A DNA stretch of 49,551 nucleotides from Candidatus Poriferisocius aerobius (GTDB taxonomy: Bacteria; Actinomycetota; Acidimicrobiia; Acidimicrobiales; Bin134): positions 1 to 49,551 of the forward strand of contig JAPYOC010000101.1 in assembly GCA_028278955.1 (NCBI GenBank), written 5' to 3'. Both the position numbers and the translations under genes were made by a program. The notes under the pieces are model-generated. The model was not told the DNA's origin, did no database searches, and was given only the letters and a program-made list of their open reading frames with translations. Positions 17,742-27,633 of this stretch are shown in pieces; position 1 is the first letter of the stretch; each line of letters starts with the position of its first letter.

Positions 17742-18713
17742 TTAACTGTGTCCAGCTGACTCCAGCCACCGCTCGGCGTCGATGGCGGCCATGCAGCCTG
17801 AACCAGCCGCGGTCACTGCCTGGCGGTAGAAGTCGTCCTGCACGTCTCCGCAGGCGAATACCCCTTCGACTTCAGTGCCACTGGAGTCGGGATCGGTGAT
17901 CAGGTACCCGTTTTTCTTGCGTTTCAATTGCCCCTTGAACAAATCGGTGTTAGGCCGGTGGCCGATGGCGATGAACAGCCCGGTCACGTCGAGCGAAGCA
18001 GATTTCCCGGTGACGGTGTTCTGCACTTCGGCACCGGTGAGTTTCTCCTCCCCACAGAGAGCAGTCACCGCGCTGTTCCACAAAAACTCGATCCGCTCGT
18101 TGGCAAAGGCGCGGTCTTGCATGATTTTGGAGGCCCTCAACTCATCCCTTCGGTGAATAACCGTAACTTTCGATGCAAAACGAGTCAAAAAGATGGCTTC
18201 CTCCATAGCCGAGTCGCCGCCTCCCACCACGGCGATGTGCTGATCGCGGAAAAAGAACCCATCGCAGGTGGCACAGGTGGACAGGCCGTGGCCGATCAGC
18301 CGCTCTTCGGCCTCGAGTCCCAACATGAGCGACTGGGCGCCAGTGGACACGATTATCGCCCACGCCCGATACGTTGGCTCGGGTGCATCTGGGTCTCCGA
18401 CCCAGATGCCGTGGGGCGGGCCCGACAGATCGACCCGGGTGACCCTGTCGGTGACCATCTCTGCTCCGAAACGCTGGGCCTGCTCCCGAAACTTGGCCAT
18501 CAGCTCTGGGCCCATCACCCCCTCGGGAAAGCCGGGATAGTTCTCTACATCGGTTGTGAGCATCAGCTGCCCACCGGGTTGGTCGCTGGTGGACGACGGC
18601 TCACCCTCAATGACCAGAGGAGCAAGGTTGGCTCGAGCTGAATAGATGGCCGCCGTCAGCCCGGCCGGTCCAGAGCCGATGATGATGATGGTGCGGATTT
18701 GCCGGTTGGTCAC
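17742..18713 (-). CDS. trxB: Thioredoxin-disulfide reductase
   Basis: IGSGPAGLTAA, GGQLMLTTDVENYPGF, CATCDG, GGGDSAMEEA, RQAVTAAGSG; GTG 18713 overlaps the upstream stop. Confidence 0.98.
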   Translation of the reverse strand: MTNRQIRTIIIIGSGPAGLTAAIYSARANLAPLVIEGEPSSTSDQPGGQLMLTTDVENYPGFPEGVMGPELMAKFREQAQRFGAEMVTDRVTRVDLSGPPHGIWVGDPDAPEPTYRAWAIIVSTGAQSLMLGLEAEERLIGHGLSTCATCDGFFFRDQHIAVVGGGDSAMEEAIFLTRFASKVTVIHRRDELRASKIMQDRAFANERIEFLWNSAVTALCGEEKLTGAEVQNTVTGKSASLDVTGLFIAIGHRPNTDLFKGQLKRKKNGYLITDPDSSGTEVEGVFACGDVQDDFYRQAVTAAGSGCMAAIDAERWLESAGHS

Positions 18714-19039
18714 GAAGGCCGCCTTGACCAGGCAAAGGTGCCTAGGGAAATGAAGATCAACCCACAGATGCCGTGCGCCGCCCAGGCTCGCCCTGTAGCC
18801 ACTTCCAGACCTCGCACTGTGGCGATAGTGCCCAGCACCAGCACGATGACCAGGGGGAATACTCCGAAAACCAGATACGCCGAAAGGCGAGTGAGGTTGA
18901 CCACTGGCCCAGTAGTCGCATTGCGGACTTTGTCCACGGCGTTTACGACGGCATCGGCGGCTTGCTCGGGCCATTCCTCCGACAGCCCCAACACTGAAGC
19001 GGCGGCGGGCTCTTCCCTCGACTCAGTGACATCAGCCAT
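18710..19039 (-). CDS. Hypothetical small membrane protein (two predicted TM segments)
   Basis: 109 aa with two hydrophobic stretches; GTGA overlap with trxB. Confidence 0.7.
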   Translation of the reverse strand: MADVTESREEPAAASVLGLSEEWPEQAADAVVNAVDKVRNATTGPVVNLTRLSAYLVFGVFPLVIVLVLGTIATVRGLEVATGRAWAAHGICGLIFISLGTFAWSRRPS

Positions 19040-19050
19040 AGCGGTTCAGG

Positions 19051-22000
19051 TTATCGCCGAGGGGCAGTGCCCGCCGCTTCGCCGACGGTCACGCCGCTAG
19101 ACAAAAGCTTTTCGCCGAGCGCCAGCAGGTCGGTGCCGACCAGGTTGTCGGCACCGACCTGGGGGTTCTCCCGCTTCAACAAGTTGTCCAATTCGCCCAT
19201 GATCTTGCGTATCTCGGTGGGGTTGTCCGCAGCCGCCAGCAGCCGCCAGCGATAGCACTGCTCGCACAGCCCCACCAGCCGAAGACTGATCATCGCCGCT
19301 CTTGCGGCCCCGGGCGAGTCGCCTGCGTCGATGCATCTGCTCGCTAATTCATGGGCAGCGGCATCCACCAAGCACTCGATCTCGGTGCGCAGGCCGAAAT
19401 CAGCCCATCGGTACATGTCCCCGCCGCCGCCGGTGAACGGAGTTCCCCGCACGAGGTCGAGAGCGGCTTGAAGGTGCCTCCGACCCTGCTCCCCCGGCTC
19501 GCTGCGAGCCGCGCAAACCAGCGCGGTGAACCGGTCCACATCAGTTTCAATCCCCGCTTGTAGCCGGTATATCCCATTCGAGCTCGCTCTCGGAAAGTAC
19601 GGCTTGTTGTTGCTGTCCACTCCGAGGGCTTTGCGGGCGCGGCTGACGGTGTTGGCCAGTGTCGAGTCGGAAGGAGGATGGTCGAGGGGCCAAAGCTGGG
19701 CCTTCAGCTGGTCTCGGTCGGCCCCCTCGGGGTGGAAGGCTAGGAACGCCACCAGATCCAGGGCCCGCCGAGACGCCAACGGCTGTCCGCCGCCCACCAG
19801 TTCCACCGGGCCCAATACCCGCACTTCGAGGCTTTGGCCCAATGGGTGTTCGTTGTTCGGAGCGAATGGGACAGCAGCGGCGGAATCGTATTGAAGCCTC
19901 GGCGGCGGCGACCGAATCGGTGCCGTCTCCTCGGTGTGCTCGGCGGTTGAGGCCAATTGGGCGACGGCGGCGGCCGCGGTTCCAGACATGCGGTGGGCCT
20001 GCAGCCGTAGGCCCACCGGTTGCAGCCGTAGGCCGTCTTCGTCGAAGTGCCCAGACCAACGGGCCCCTTCGAGGCCGTGGGCTACTACGCAGACCGACGA
20101 ACCGCTGGCACTGAGAAAGTGAGCAGCCTCTTCTTTGGCCAGTCTGTTGGGCGCCAAGACCACTGTTGGCGGCCAGCTGTTGCCGTCGGCGCCGATCCTG
20201 CTGGCGGCAAGGCAAGGAGGGCGGCCGAGCAAGGCTTGGTTCTCGCGCTGGTGGTACTCGATTCGCTCGATGGCCGCGGCAACATCGGGCACATGCTCAA
20301 CCCTCTCAAACACGGTCAGATCCTGGCCGAAGCCCACACAGATCACGGTCAGCTCGTCGGCCAGATGGCTGCTAGCCAGCTGGGTGGCGATGGCAGTACA
20401 CAAATCTGCAATGGCCTCAGAGTCTCCGGTGAGGCTCACAGCGGCCATGTGCTCGAGGTTCAGCAGGCATTCCCGACCGTCGCTGGTCCCGAAAGCAGCC
20501 AATGCTGGCAACGGGGCGGCCACGCCATCGGCTTCAGCCAAGAGATCTTCCAGCTCAGTGTCTCTCCGCAGGGTCCAGGTCATTTCGTTGTTGCTGGAGT
20601 GGAATCCAGAAGGCGCTTCGACCGGGAAGCTGAGATGAACGGCAACACTCTCCGGGCCCAAGGCCACTCCGAGCACCTCGGGCGGAGTACGGCCGGCAAT
20701 TCGAGCCGCCATGACCCTCAGAGAGGCATCTAAGAAGAGCGCCCGGTCGGGATCGGCGGCAGCCTGCAATTGCTGATCCACCTGCGCCGCGTCCTTGGAA
20801 AGGGAAACGGGTATTCGACCACTTGGCAGTTGGCGCCGCTGGGATTTCCGAAGTCGGGCGAGCACCCAGCCGAGGCTGCTCACGAACACCCCGAGTCCCC
20901 CCACCGCGAGGATCGCCTGCGTGCCGGGAGCAGGCCGGTGGTCGGCGACAGGCTCGGCGACGTTGGCCACCACCGTGGGCGTGGCGGTTGCGAACGCCGC
21001 CACGGCTTCGGCCGGTCGACCCCGCTCGGCAAAGAGATGGGTTTCGGAAGCGGTCGAGCGGTTTGATTCGCCCAGAGGCCGGATTTCGGGAGCGGCCCAG
21101 TCAGTTGGTGCGGCCCGGGAGCGGCGATCAGAAACCGGGGCGTCGTCCGGCTCAGGAAATGGTTGAGTGGGCGGGTGAACAACAGCCGGTCCGCTGCCAT
21201 TTTTCGGCACCTGGAGATGCCATCCCGGCAAGATCAAATCGGGATCTTGGATGATGTCCTGGTTGGAGTCGAAGATCTCAACCCACCTCTCTGGCTCCTG
21301 GAGGTGATGTTCTGCGAGACCCCACAAAGTGTCCCCCTCTTGCACAGTCACGGTGAGGTGTTCTGGCTCTCCTGGGGGGTTTTCGCGAGCAGTGAAGGCC
21401 GATTCCCCGAGGAAGGCATCGGGTTGCTCCCCACGGTCCGAAGTCTGGTCGATACTGGGTGCTCCCGCGCTTGGAAGCCGAGCGTCGGCGGGCATGACGA
21501 GTTGCCACCCAGGGCGAAGCCGCGCCGGGTCGGTCAACGACCCCCCGTCGGCTTGGGCCTGCCCTCGGTTGAGGACGAATACCTCAGTCCAGCGGTTTGG
21601 ATCTCCCAGATACTGCTCAGCCAGCATTCGGAGGCTGTCGCGCCGCTCTACGTTGTGAAGGAGGAGCTTGGGGTCGATATAGTCGGTTTCCTCGGGGTTG
21701 CTTCTCGGCCTCTCACTGCTGGTGGGGTGGCGCACGTCATAGGACGCAACGGCCTGCGCTGGGCTGATGTCCACTTCGAGGGCTGGCGGGTCAAGCAGTT
21801 CTTTGTTGTCGCCCAGCGCGGTTCCGGGATGCTGCACGGAAAGCGCGATGACAAGGGCCGTGCCCATGAGGCGGGCCGACAAGCGCTGCATGAACAAGGG
21901 AATGACGCGGACGCGGGGCGCTACTCCCCCACTGAGGTGGGCCCAGAGTTCGATTCCCACCCCGATTGCCATCTGCAACCAGAGGACCCACACCACCAGC

Positions 22001-22215
22001 GAGAGCGGCTTCAGGATCATGGAGGGGGAAATCGCCCCGGTCTTGAAGGCGGTGAGCACTTCTGATCCTGAGGGCACTCCTTGGGGAAGCGGCCAACCGA
22101 CACCGAAGGCCAGCAGTAGTGGCACCCCTACAATCAGCCCACCAAGAGATGCCGCAGAAGCCATCCCCCTGAGGAGTTCGCAGCGTTGCCCTTCGTTCGA
22201 CTTCATGGCTTTCAT
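19051..22215 (-). CDS. Membrane-anchored LysM peptidoglycan-binding plus SARP/BTAD transcriptional-activator-domain protein
   Basis: Two N-terminal TM segments; two LysM domains (VERRDSLRMLAEQYLGDPNRW...LRPGWQLVMP and VQEGDTLWGLAEHHL...LILPGWHLQVP); a third TM; C-terminal EVRVLGPVEL wHTH-like region and TDVDRF...ALDLVRGTPF BTAD-like region. Confidence 0.85.
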   Translation of the reverse strand: MKAMKSNEGQRCELLRGMASAASLGGLIVGVPLLLAFGVGWPLPQGVPSGSEVLTAFKTGAISPSMILKPLSLVVWVLWLQMAIGVGIELWAHLSGGVAPRVRVIPLFMQRLSARLMGTALVIALSVQHPGTALGDNKELLDPPALEVDISPAQAVASYDVRHPTSSERPRSNPEETDYIDPKLLLHNVERRDSLRMLAEQYLGDPNRWTEVFVLNRGQAQADGGSLTDPARLRPGWQLVMPADARLPSAGAPSIDQTSDRGEQPDAFLGESAFTARENPPGEPEHLTVTVQEGDTLWGLAEHHLQEPERWVEIFDSNQDIIQDPDLILPGWHLQVPKNGSGPAVVHPPTQPFPEPDDAPVSDRRSRAAPTDWAAPEIRPLGESNRSTASETHLFAERGRPAEAVAAFATATPTVVANVAEPVADHRPAPGTQAILAVGGLGVFVSSLGWVLARLRKSQRRQLPSGRIPVSLSKDAAQVDQQLQAAADPDRALFLDASLRVMAARIAGRTPPEVLGVALGPESVAVHLSFPVEAPSGFHSSNNEMTWTLRRDTELEDLLAEADGVAAPLPALAAFGTSDGRECLLNLEHMAAVSLTGDSEAIADLCTAIATQLASSHLADELTVICVGFGQDLTVFERVEHVPDVAAAIERIEYHQRENQALLGRPPCLAASRIGADGNSWPPTVVLAPNRLAKEEAAHFLSASGSSVCVVAHGLEGARWSGHFDEDGLRLQPVGLRLQAHRMSGTAAAAVAQLASTAEHTEETAPIRSPPPRLQYDSAAAVPFAPNNEHPLGQSLEVRVLGPVELVGGGQPLASRRALDLVAFLAFHPEGADRDQLKAQLWPLDHPPSDSTLANTVSRARKALGVDSNNKPYFPRASSNGIYRLQAGIETDVDRFTALVCAARSEPGEQGRRHLQAALDLVRGTPFTGGGGDMYRWADFGLRTEIECLVDAAAHELASRCIDAGDSPGAARAAMISLRLVGLCEQCYRWRLLAAADNPTEIRKIMGELDNLLKRENPQVGADNLVGTDLLALGEKLLSSGVTVGEAAGTAPRR

Positions 22216-22673
22216 AGGTCGCCTCCTGTGTGTATTCCTCTGACTGCGCGAGCGGCGGCGGTGCCTGTCACTCGGCGTGAGTCAATTCCGAGCAATGACA
22301 GGAATTGAAGGGGCTGATCCAGCCAAACCGTAGTCGAAACCACATCACCCCTCACTGAGATCGACCACGCTGCGTGCGGGCCGAGGAATGCCGAAGCGGC
22401 GAGTCGAGCCTGCACCGGATCCACCGTCACGCGGTCGGAGTCGCGGTAGATAGTTTCGGCTGAAACGGCCTGAGCGCCGGCTCTGGCTGCTTCGGCGGCC
22501 AACGTGGACGCTTCGCGTCTGCCGTTCAAAATCTGGGCGGCGTCGTGCGCCAGTCCTCCCAGCATGATCAGTGCGGGGGCTAAGACGACGAACACCACGG
22601 TGACTTGTCCTCGCTGACCGCCTCTTGATGAGCGGGCAGTGTGACCAAGTCTTGTTGAAGTGCTGTCGATCAT
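22212..22673 (-). CDS. TadE/TadG-like pseudopilin
   Basis: QRG|QVTVVFVV hydrophobic helix, GLAHD, AAEAARAGAQ; ATG 22673 overlaps the upstream stop (ATGA). Confidence 0.82.
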   Translation of the reverse strand: MIDSTSTRLGHTARSSRGGQRGQVTVVFVVLAPALIMLGGLAHDAAQILNGRREASTLAAEAARAGAQAVSAETIYRDSDRVTVDPVQARLAASAFLGPHAAWSISVRGDVVSTTVWLDQPLQFLSLLGIDSRRVTGTAAARAVRGIHTGGDL

Positions 22674-23149
22674 GGTGAAGCGCTTTCGCCTCGGTATCGA
22701 TCGACGACCGACGCGGAGGCTGCGGACACTTCCAAACTGCCGGGAAAGCCGGGCAAAGCCAGATCTGACAGTCGCACAGAACACGAGATCCGCACACTCA
22801 CCCTCCCGCCAGGCTTTAGATCCAATTCTTGAAAATACACTTTTGGGCCGTCCTGGCAGCTCACCTCCGACTGCCCCAAGGAAGCCACGGCCGTCCTGAT
22901 GGCGGCTGCTTGGGCTGCTGGAATCGACTGGTAGTGGGTCGCAGCGCGCGCCGCGCCGCTGGCGGCGGTCGTCAATCTGCTCTCCACCGTGCCCACTCGA
23001 CCGGCCGCGATGACAAAGAACAAGAGGGTGGCCATGACCGGGGTAAAGACGGCCAGCCCAACCACGCTGCTGCCTCGGTCTGACCCGTTGCTGGCTGGCC
23101 GGCGCCGTTGGACTTGGTCGCCCGTCTTCAATATCGTCTTTTCGCTCAT
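22670..23149 (-). CDS. TadE-like pseudopilin
   Basis: DRG|SSVVGLAVFTP, AASGAARAA, two Cys, C-terminal SVVDRYR. Confidence 0.85.
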   Translation of the reverse strand: MSEKTILKTGDQVQRRRPASNGSDRGSSVVGLAVFTPVMATLLFFVIAAGRVGTVESRLTTAASGAARAATHYQSIPAAQAAAIRTAVASLGQSEVSCQDGPKVYFQELDLKPGGRVSVRISCSVRLSDLALPGFPGSLEVSAASASVVDRYRGESASP

Positions 23150-23523
23150 CGCCGGTTTTGCGGGGTGAAAGCTTCTCGGGGACCAGCCGCGGTGGAGGCG
23201 ATTCTGGGTGCAAATCCAGGGATCAGCGATTTGACAGTGGCGTGGACTGTCACTGACAAACGGGCTGGATTCGCTTGAATGGCAATGTCCACATCCGAGA
23301 GCAGACTCCCTGCGCTCGCCTCCATCACCGACTGGGCCGCCGCCCGAGCCGTTTCCTCGGTTCCTGATTCACCTCGGGCTGACTGAGCCCCGGTCTGGGC
23401 GGCGGCGTCAACGATGGACCGAGCATGAAACAGCAGGGCGGCTTGGATGACGACAAAGACCAAGAACATGGCAATGGGAACGGCTAAGACCGTGGTGGTC
23501 GCTTCTCCGCGCTCGTGTTCCAT
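23146..23523 (-). CDS. TadE-like pseudopilin
   Basis: ERG|EATTTVLAVP, IQAALLFHARSIVDAAAQTGA, C-terminal GPREAFTP. Confidence 0.85.
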   Translation of the reverse strand: MEHERGEATTTVLAVPIAMFLVFVVIQAALLFHARSIVDAAAQTGAQSARGESGTEETARAAAQSVMEASAGSLLSDVDIAIQANPARLSVTVHATVKSLIPGFAPRIASTAAGPREAFTPQNRR

Positions 23524-23548
23524 CTTTTGATCAGGCTTTCGCTGTCGA

Positions 23549-23749
23549 TCAGCTGATCTTGCTGGTTTGACCGGAGATGAAGTTGGTGATGACCACGCCG
23601 GCCGCTACTGCCGCAGCAACGAGCACGGCAATCATGATCACCGTTGATGTCACGTCACCCTGCTCGCACTGCCACGCCGTGCGGATTCGCCGTTCAACCT
23701 TATTGCGAGCCGTGGCCATGAAGAGATGGAGTCTGATCACTGTTTTCAC
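23549..23749 (-). CDS. Flp-type major pilin candidate (66 aa)
   Basis: AAGGAG RBS before GTG 23749; basic leader, EQG|DVTSTVIMIAVLVAAAVAAGVVI hydrophobic helix, short tail; lies between tadC and tadE. Confidence 0.75.
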   Translation of the reverse strand: MKTVIRLHLFMATARNKVERRIRTAWQCEQGDVTSTVIMIAVLVAAAVAAGVVITNFISGQTSKIS

Positions 23750-23841
23750 TGTTGTCTCCTTGACTATCGAGGGGGGAATATTGGGCAGCGGTGCTGCGCG
23801 CCCAGACGCAATGGCGGCCACAGCCAGTTCCTCGGGCCCGC

Positions 23842-24720
23842 TCATGCGCTGGCGAGAGCCGCAAAGGCCGGGTAGCCGATCAGTCCGAGAAAGCCCGAGA
23901 ACATGAGCACAACCGGTAGCGACATGCGCTCTGTGGCCTGCTGGGCTTGAGTTTCTGCCTCGTTCAAAGCTCGCTCTCGCAACCCTCGGGCCTTGACTCG
24001 CAGGGCGGATCGCACTCTCGATCCAGAAGTTCCGGCCAGATGCAGCCAGGCAGCCAACTCCTCGAGTTCCTTGGTGCCAAGATCCTGCCCCAGCCTCTCG
24101 AAAGCGATCCATGGCGGCTCATTGGCCAGCTGTGCTTGTCCGAGCGCCCGCTTGAACTCGACAAATCCCCAAGCGGTTCCCTGAGCCGCCGACTCCGCCA
24201 GCGCCCGTTCCAATCCGACGCCTCCCGTCAAGCGGAGGCTCACCAAATCCAGGTACGCGCTGATCTGGTGCATCAGTTCGCGCCGCCGGTTTCGGGCTTT
24301 TTGCCGCAAGGACAGATCGGGCGCGAAAAAGAACAGTCCGCCCGCGAAGACGGAGGCTACCACCACCAGCACAGGGGAGATCCACACTCGGGCGAGCCAC
24401 GAGACCATCCACATGCCCACCGGCAATCCTGAGCCGAAGAGCAGCATTCCCAGCTTGGCGACCGCTAGTTCCTCTGCGCTTTGGCCGGCAATTCTCAGAT
24501 CTTGCTCGGCTCGACCGCCGTACCATTCGTGGTGCTCGGACCACTTGATGGCGACCCTCCCGACAAGGCGCCGCCGCCGTTCCCCTTCGCCGCGTCTCCC
24601 GGCTGGCTGCTCGAATGCGCTCAGGCGGGTGTTCAACGGCTCTCGCGGGGGGAAGAACCCCCAGAAGGCCACTGCGAGCCCGATGCCCATTGCGGTTCCC
24701 AGCCCCAGACCGACAATCAT
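23842..24720 (-). CDS. tadC: Tad platform protein TadC (T2SS F family)
   Basis: YLDLVSLRLTGGVGLERAL, ATERMSLPV, GYPA; several TM segments. Confidence 0.88.
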   Translation of the reverse strand: MIVGLGLGTAMGIGLAVAFWGFFPPREPLNTRLSAFEQPAGRRGEGERRRRLVGRVAIKWSEHHEWYGGRAEQDLRIAGQSAEELAVAKLGMLLFGSGLPVGMWMVSWLARVWISPVLVVVASVFAGGLFFFAPDLSLRQKARNRRRELMHQISAYLDLVSLRLTGGVGLERALAESAAQGTAWGFVEFKRALGQAQLANEPPWIAFERLGQDLGTKELEELAAWLHLAGTSGSRVRSALRVKARGLRERALNEAETQAQQATERMSLPVVLMFSGFLGLIGYPAFAALASA

Positions 24721-25604
24721 GGCTGGCTCCTGTCGGTGGGAGTCGGGGCTGTGGGGATCCGGGCCAGGTCAAGGATTCGAGGCGGGCGGCAGAATCGGCT
24801 CATCTTGACCAGGGCAATACCCGACCCGACGAAGAGCCCGCCGATCACCACCAGGGCCACTTGCCCCGTCATGGTGTCGAACGGGGCCAAATAAGGCCTG
24901 CTGAAGACCACCATTCCAACGGAGAACACCGCAACGATGCTGGCGATGAACCGGGCAGAAGTGAACTGCCGGGCCCGGGAGGTTTCGATCCGCAATCGCA
25001 TCGAAACCTCTTGCCGGGTGCTCTTTGCGATTTCAGCCAGCGCTTCTTGCAACGATCCGCCGTGATTGGCTGACGCCAGCCCAAGTGTCACCGCAATGGT
25101 GTCGGTGACCGGATGGTCCATCTCGCCGGCGAATTTGGCCAAAGCGTCGGGCAGGGGTTCGCGCTCGGCGCGAGCCGCAAGCTGTTTCACCGGCGCGCGC
25201 ACCGCGGTCGGGGCCGAGACCGCCGTCGCTTTCAACGCCTCGGTCAATCCTGACGCCGCGCCTACGGTGTCCCGCACCATTTCTACCCAAGTTGCCAGGG
25301 CGCCCAAGCGCTCCACTTCTTGGTCGCGGTCGGCTTTGGCTCTGAGCATCGTCGGCATGGCCAACCCGGCTACGGCCGCCACCAGCCCGGCCGCGAGCCA
25401 TCCAGTCGCCCCGATTGCGATGGCCCCTCCGGCCGCCGCGGCCCCGAGGCGCAATATCGGCGCATCGGGGCCGCATTGGCGCTGCGATGGCGATCTCAGA
25501 GCGCGGGCACCCGGTGCCAGGGGTACGCCGCGCCAGCCCAAGACGGCACCGAAGGCCCCACCGCCCATCGCGGCCCCGAGCAGCGCTCCCACCACTATGG
25601 TCAT
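24717..25604 (-). CDS. tadB: Tad platform protein TadB (T2SS F family)
   Basis: ALATWVEMVRD...GLTEAL, YLAPFDTMTGQVAL; ATG 25604 overlaps the tadA stop. Confidence 0.88.
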   Translation of the reverse strand: MTIVVGALLGAAMGGGAFGAVLGWRGVPLAPGARALRSPSQRQCGPDAPILRLGAAAAGGAIAIGATGWLAAGLVAAVAGLAMPTMLRAKADRDQEVERLGALATWVEMVRDTVGAASGLTEALKATAVSAPTAVRAPVKQLAARAEREPLPDALAKFAGEMDHPVTDTIAVTLGLASANHGGSLQEALAEIAKSTRQEVSMRLRIETSRARQFTSARFIASIVAVFSVGMVVFSRPYLAPFDTMTGQVALVVIGGLFVGSGIALVKMSRFCRPPRILDLARIPTAPTPTDRSQP

Positions 25605-26887
25605 TTTCCGGTACCCGTGGCCATTGAGGAAGCGGGATCGAACCCTGCGCTCCGCAACCGTTCTTGGGTGGAGGGCTGCATGCCGGGGCTCGGCGGCATC
25701 GTGTTCGCCTCCTTGGCTGTGAACACCTCGACACTGCTCACCTCCCCGGCCAGATGTCCGGTCACCTCCCGGACGGAGGCCACGCGGCGGCGGCGCTCGC
25801 GGTCCTTGATCACATGGACCACGAAATTGATGCTCTCTGCAATCATCCGGTTGGTGGCTTCGACGGGAATGTGCTCTGCGGACCGCAGGGCGTAGGTGGC
25901 GATCTTGCTGAGGGCCGCTTGGGAGGAGTTGGCGTGAATGGTGCACATCGATCCGTCGTTTCCGGTCGATAGCGCCGCGAGCATGTCCACGACCTCGGGG
26001 CCTCGCACCTCTCCCACGATGAGCCGGTCGGGCGACATGGCCAGGGCGTTCCTTACCAATTGCTGCATGGTTATCCCGCCGGTTCCTTCGACGTTGGCGG
26101 TCCGGGTTTCCAGCTCGATCACATCGCGGTGCCGTTGGTTGTCGGCGGCCAAGCACAGCTCCAAGCGGTCTTCGATGGTGATCAACCGCTCGTCAGGGTC
26201 GCAGGCGTTCAAAAGCGCTCGCAGGAGGGTTGTCTTGCCCGCGTTGGTCCCTCCGCACACGATGATGCTCAAGCGAGCCCGCACCGCTGCTTGCAGGAAG
26301 TCGCGGAGAAGGCCGTCCATGGCGCCGAGGCTGCTGAGATCATCCAAGGTGACTTGCTGGTGGCGGTGGCGGCGAATGGACACCGCCGGGCGCTCTGACA
26401 CTTCCATTACCGCGTTGAGGCGTGATCCGTCGGGCAGCTGCAAGTCTAAGAACGGGTTGGCAACGTCAAAACGCCGCTCGTTGCGACCCAAGTGAGCGGC
26501 CGCTTTGCGGATGAGGGTGACCAATTCTTCATCCGATTCGACGAGAGGTTCGGCTCGCCGCTTGGTCCCGTCGGCGTGATGGACCCACACCGTGTCGCAG
26601 CCGTTCATGTGTACGTTCTCGACCGATTCGTCGGCCAGCAAACGCTCCAGCGGGCCCAGCCCGAACAGGGTGGCCAACACATCCTCGGTGATTCGCAACT
26701 CTTCCGCACGGTCGATTGCGGGCAGAAACGCCCGGGCTCGCTCGGCGGCGAGCCCATCGAAGGCATCGAGGAGGAATTCTCCGGCCAGAGCTTGCTGCTC
26801 CAGGCGATTCCCAAGTTGAGCGGCCTCGGCCTGCTCGAGCTTTTGGGTGACCATGGCCAGCACTCGGTCTGCCAGCGGGCACGCCAT
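25601..26887 (-). CDS. tadA: Tad pilus assembly ATPase TadA/CpaF
   Basis: FGLGPLERLL, LPDGSRL, Walker A GGTNAGKTT, TIED, ALAMSPDRLIVGEVRG, TIHANS. Confidence 0.95.
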   Translation of the reverse strand: MACPLADRVLAMVTQKLEQAEAAQLGNRLEQQALAGEFLLDAFDGLAAERARAFLPAIDRAEELRITEDVLATLFGLGPLERLLADESVENVHMNGCDTVWVHHADGTKRRAEPLVESDEELVTLIRKAAAHLGRNERRFDVANPFLDLQLPDGSRLNAVMEVSERPAVSIRRHRHQQVTLDDLSSLGAMDGLLRDFLQAAVRARLSIIVCGGTNAGKTTLLRALLNACDPDERLITIEDRLELCLAADNQRHRDVIELETRTANVEGTGGITMQQLVRNALAMSPDRLIVGEVRGPEVVDMLAALSTGNDGSMCTIHANSSQAALSKIATYALRSAEHIPVEATNRMIAESINFVVHVIKDRERRRRVASVREVTGHLAGEVSSVEVFTAKEANTMPPSPGMQPSTQERLRSAGFDPASSMATGTGK

Positions 26888-27633
26888 CAGGCCGCCTCTC
26901 GCCCGCTGGTTTCTGCGGGCAAGCGGAATTGGATGCGGCGAACCAGCTCGGTCAGGGTTCTCCACAGCAACAGCCGACGGTGGTGTTGATTGCCCGGCAG
27001 ACCGCGTTCGAGGGCCTGGGCCATCCTCGGCTCGTAAGCGGTCACGCCCAACAGGCTGAGTTGGGAGGCCTTTGCCATATCCGTTGGGGAGTAGGGCCGG
27101 TCGCCGACGCACACCAGCACCGTCGGAATGTCGTGGGCAATCATCCGTCGGGCCTGATGGACGAGGGGGACGAGTTGGTCAAACCGGGGACGGGCCACAA
27201 GCAGGAGCAGGTCACAGCGCTTGACAAGCTCGCCGGCAGGGGAGCGGGGCCGCACGCGCCCAACGTCCACCACTGCATCGGTGTCGCCTAATTGGCCCAG
27301 GCCCTCTGCCAGTTGCCCGGCCAGCGGTGTGAGCACCACCGTGGTGGTCTCACCACAACCTGGTGCCACGAGGGTGGGCAGTTGACCAGCCAGCATTTGG
27401 CAGTTGGCGTGCAGCCGGTCGATGGTCAGCTCATGCCGGGCGGTTGCGGAGAGCTCGAGTAGCGACGGTGCCGATGCCAGACCGAAGCGCGCTGCTAAAA
27501 CACCGCCGTCGCCATCGGCTTCAATCAGAACGGCCCGTCGTCCGGTGGCCGGTGCCCACGACATCGCAAGCCCCACCGACAGGGTGGTAACCCCGGGACT
27601 GGCTTTCACGCTTCCCACAGCGATGATGCTCAT
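26887..27633 (-). CDS. TadZ/CpaE-like MinD/ParA-family protein with a degenerate Walker A motif
   Basis: IAVGSVKASPGVTT, LIEADGDGG, VVDVGR. Confidence 0.8.
   Translation of the reverse strand: MSIIAVGSVKASPGVTTLSVGLAMSWAPATGRRAVLIEADGDGGVLAARFGLASAPSLLELSATARHELTIDRLHANCQMLAGQLPTLVAPGCGETTTVVLTPLAGQLAEGLGQLGDTDAVVDVGRVRPRSPAGELVKRCDLLLLVARPRFDQLVPLVHQARRMIAHDIPTVLVCVGDRPYSPTDMAKASQLSLLGVTAYEPRMAQALERGLPGNQHHRRLLLWRTLTELVRRIQFRLPAETSGREAA

Noticed and set aside
20001-20034. GCAGCCGTAGGCC repeated at 21-bp spacing
   Set aside because: Only two copies, inside a coding region (GLRLQPVGLRLQ); a minor local duplication, not an array.
17742-27112. Long N-terminal extensions on trxB, the 22212 pseudopilin, flp, tadB and tadA in the ORF track
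   Set aside because: They overlap upstream genes in another frame; downstream starts with stop/start overlaps or an RBS give normal-length proteins.
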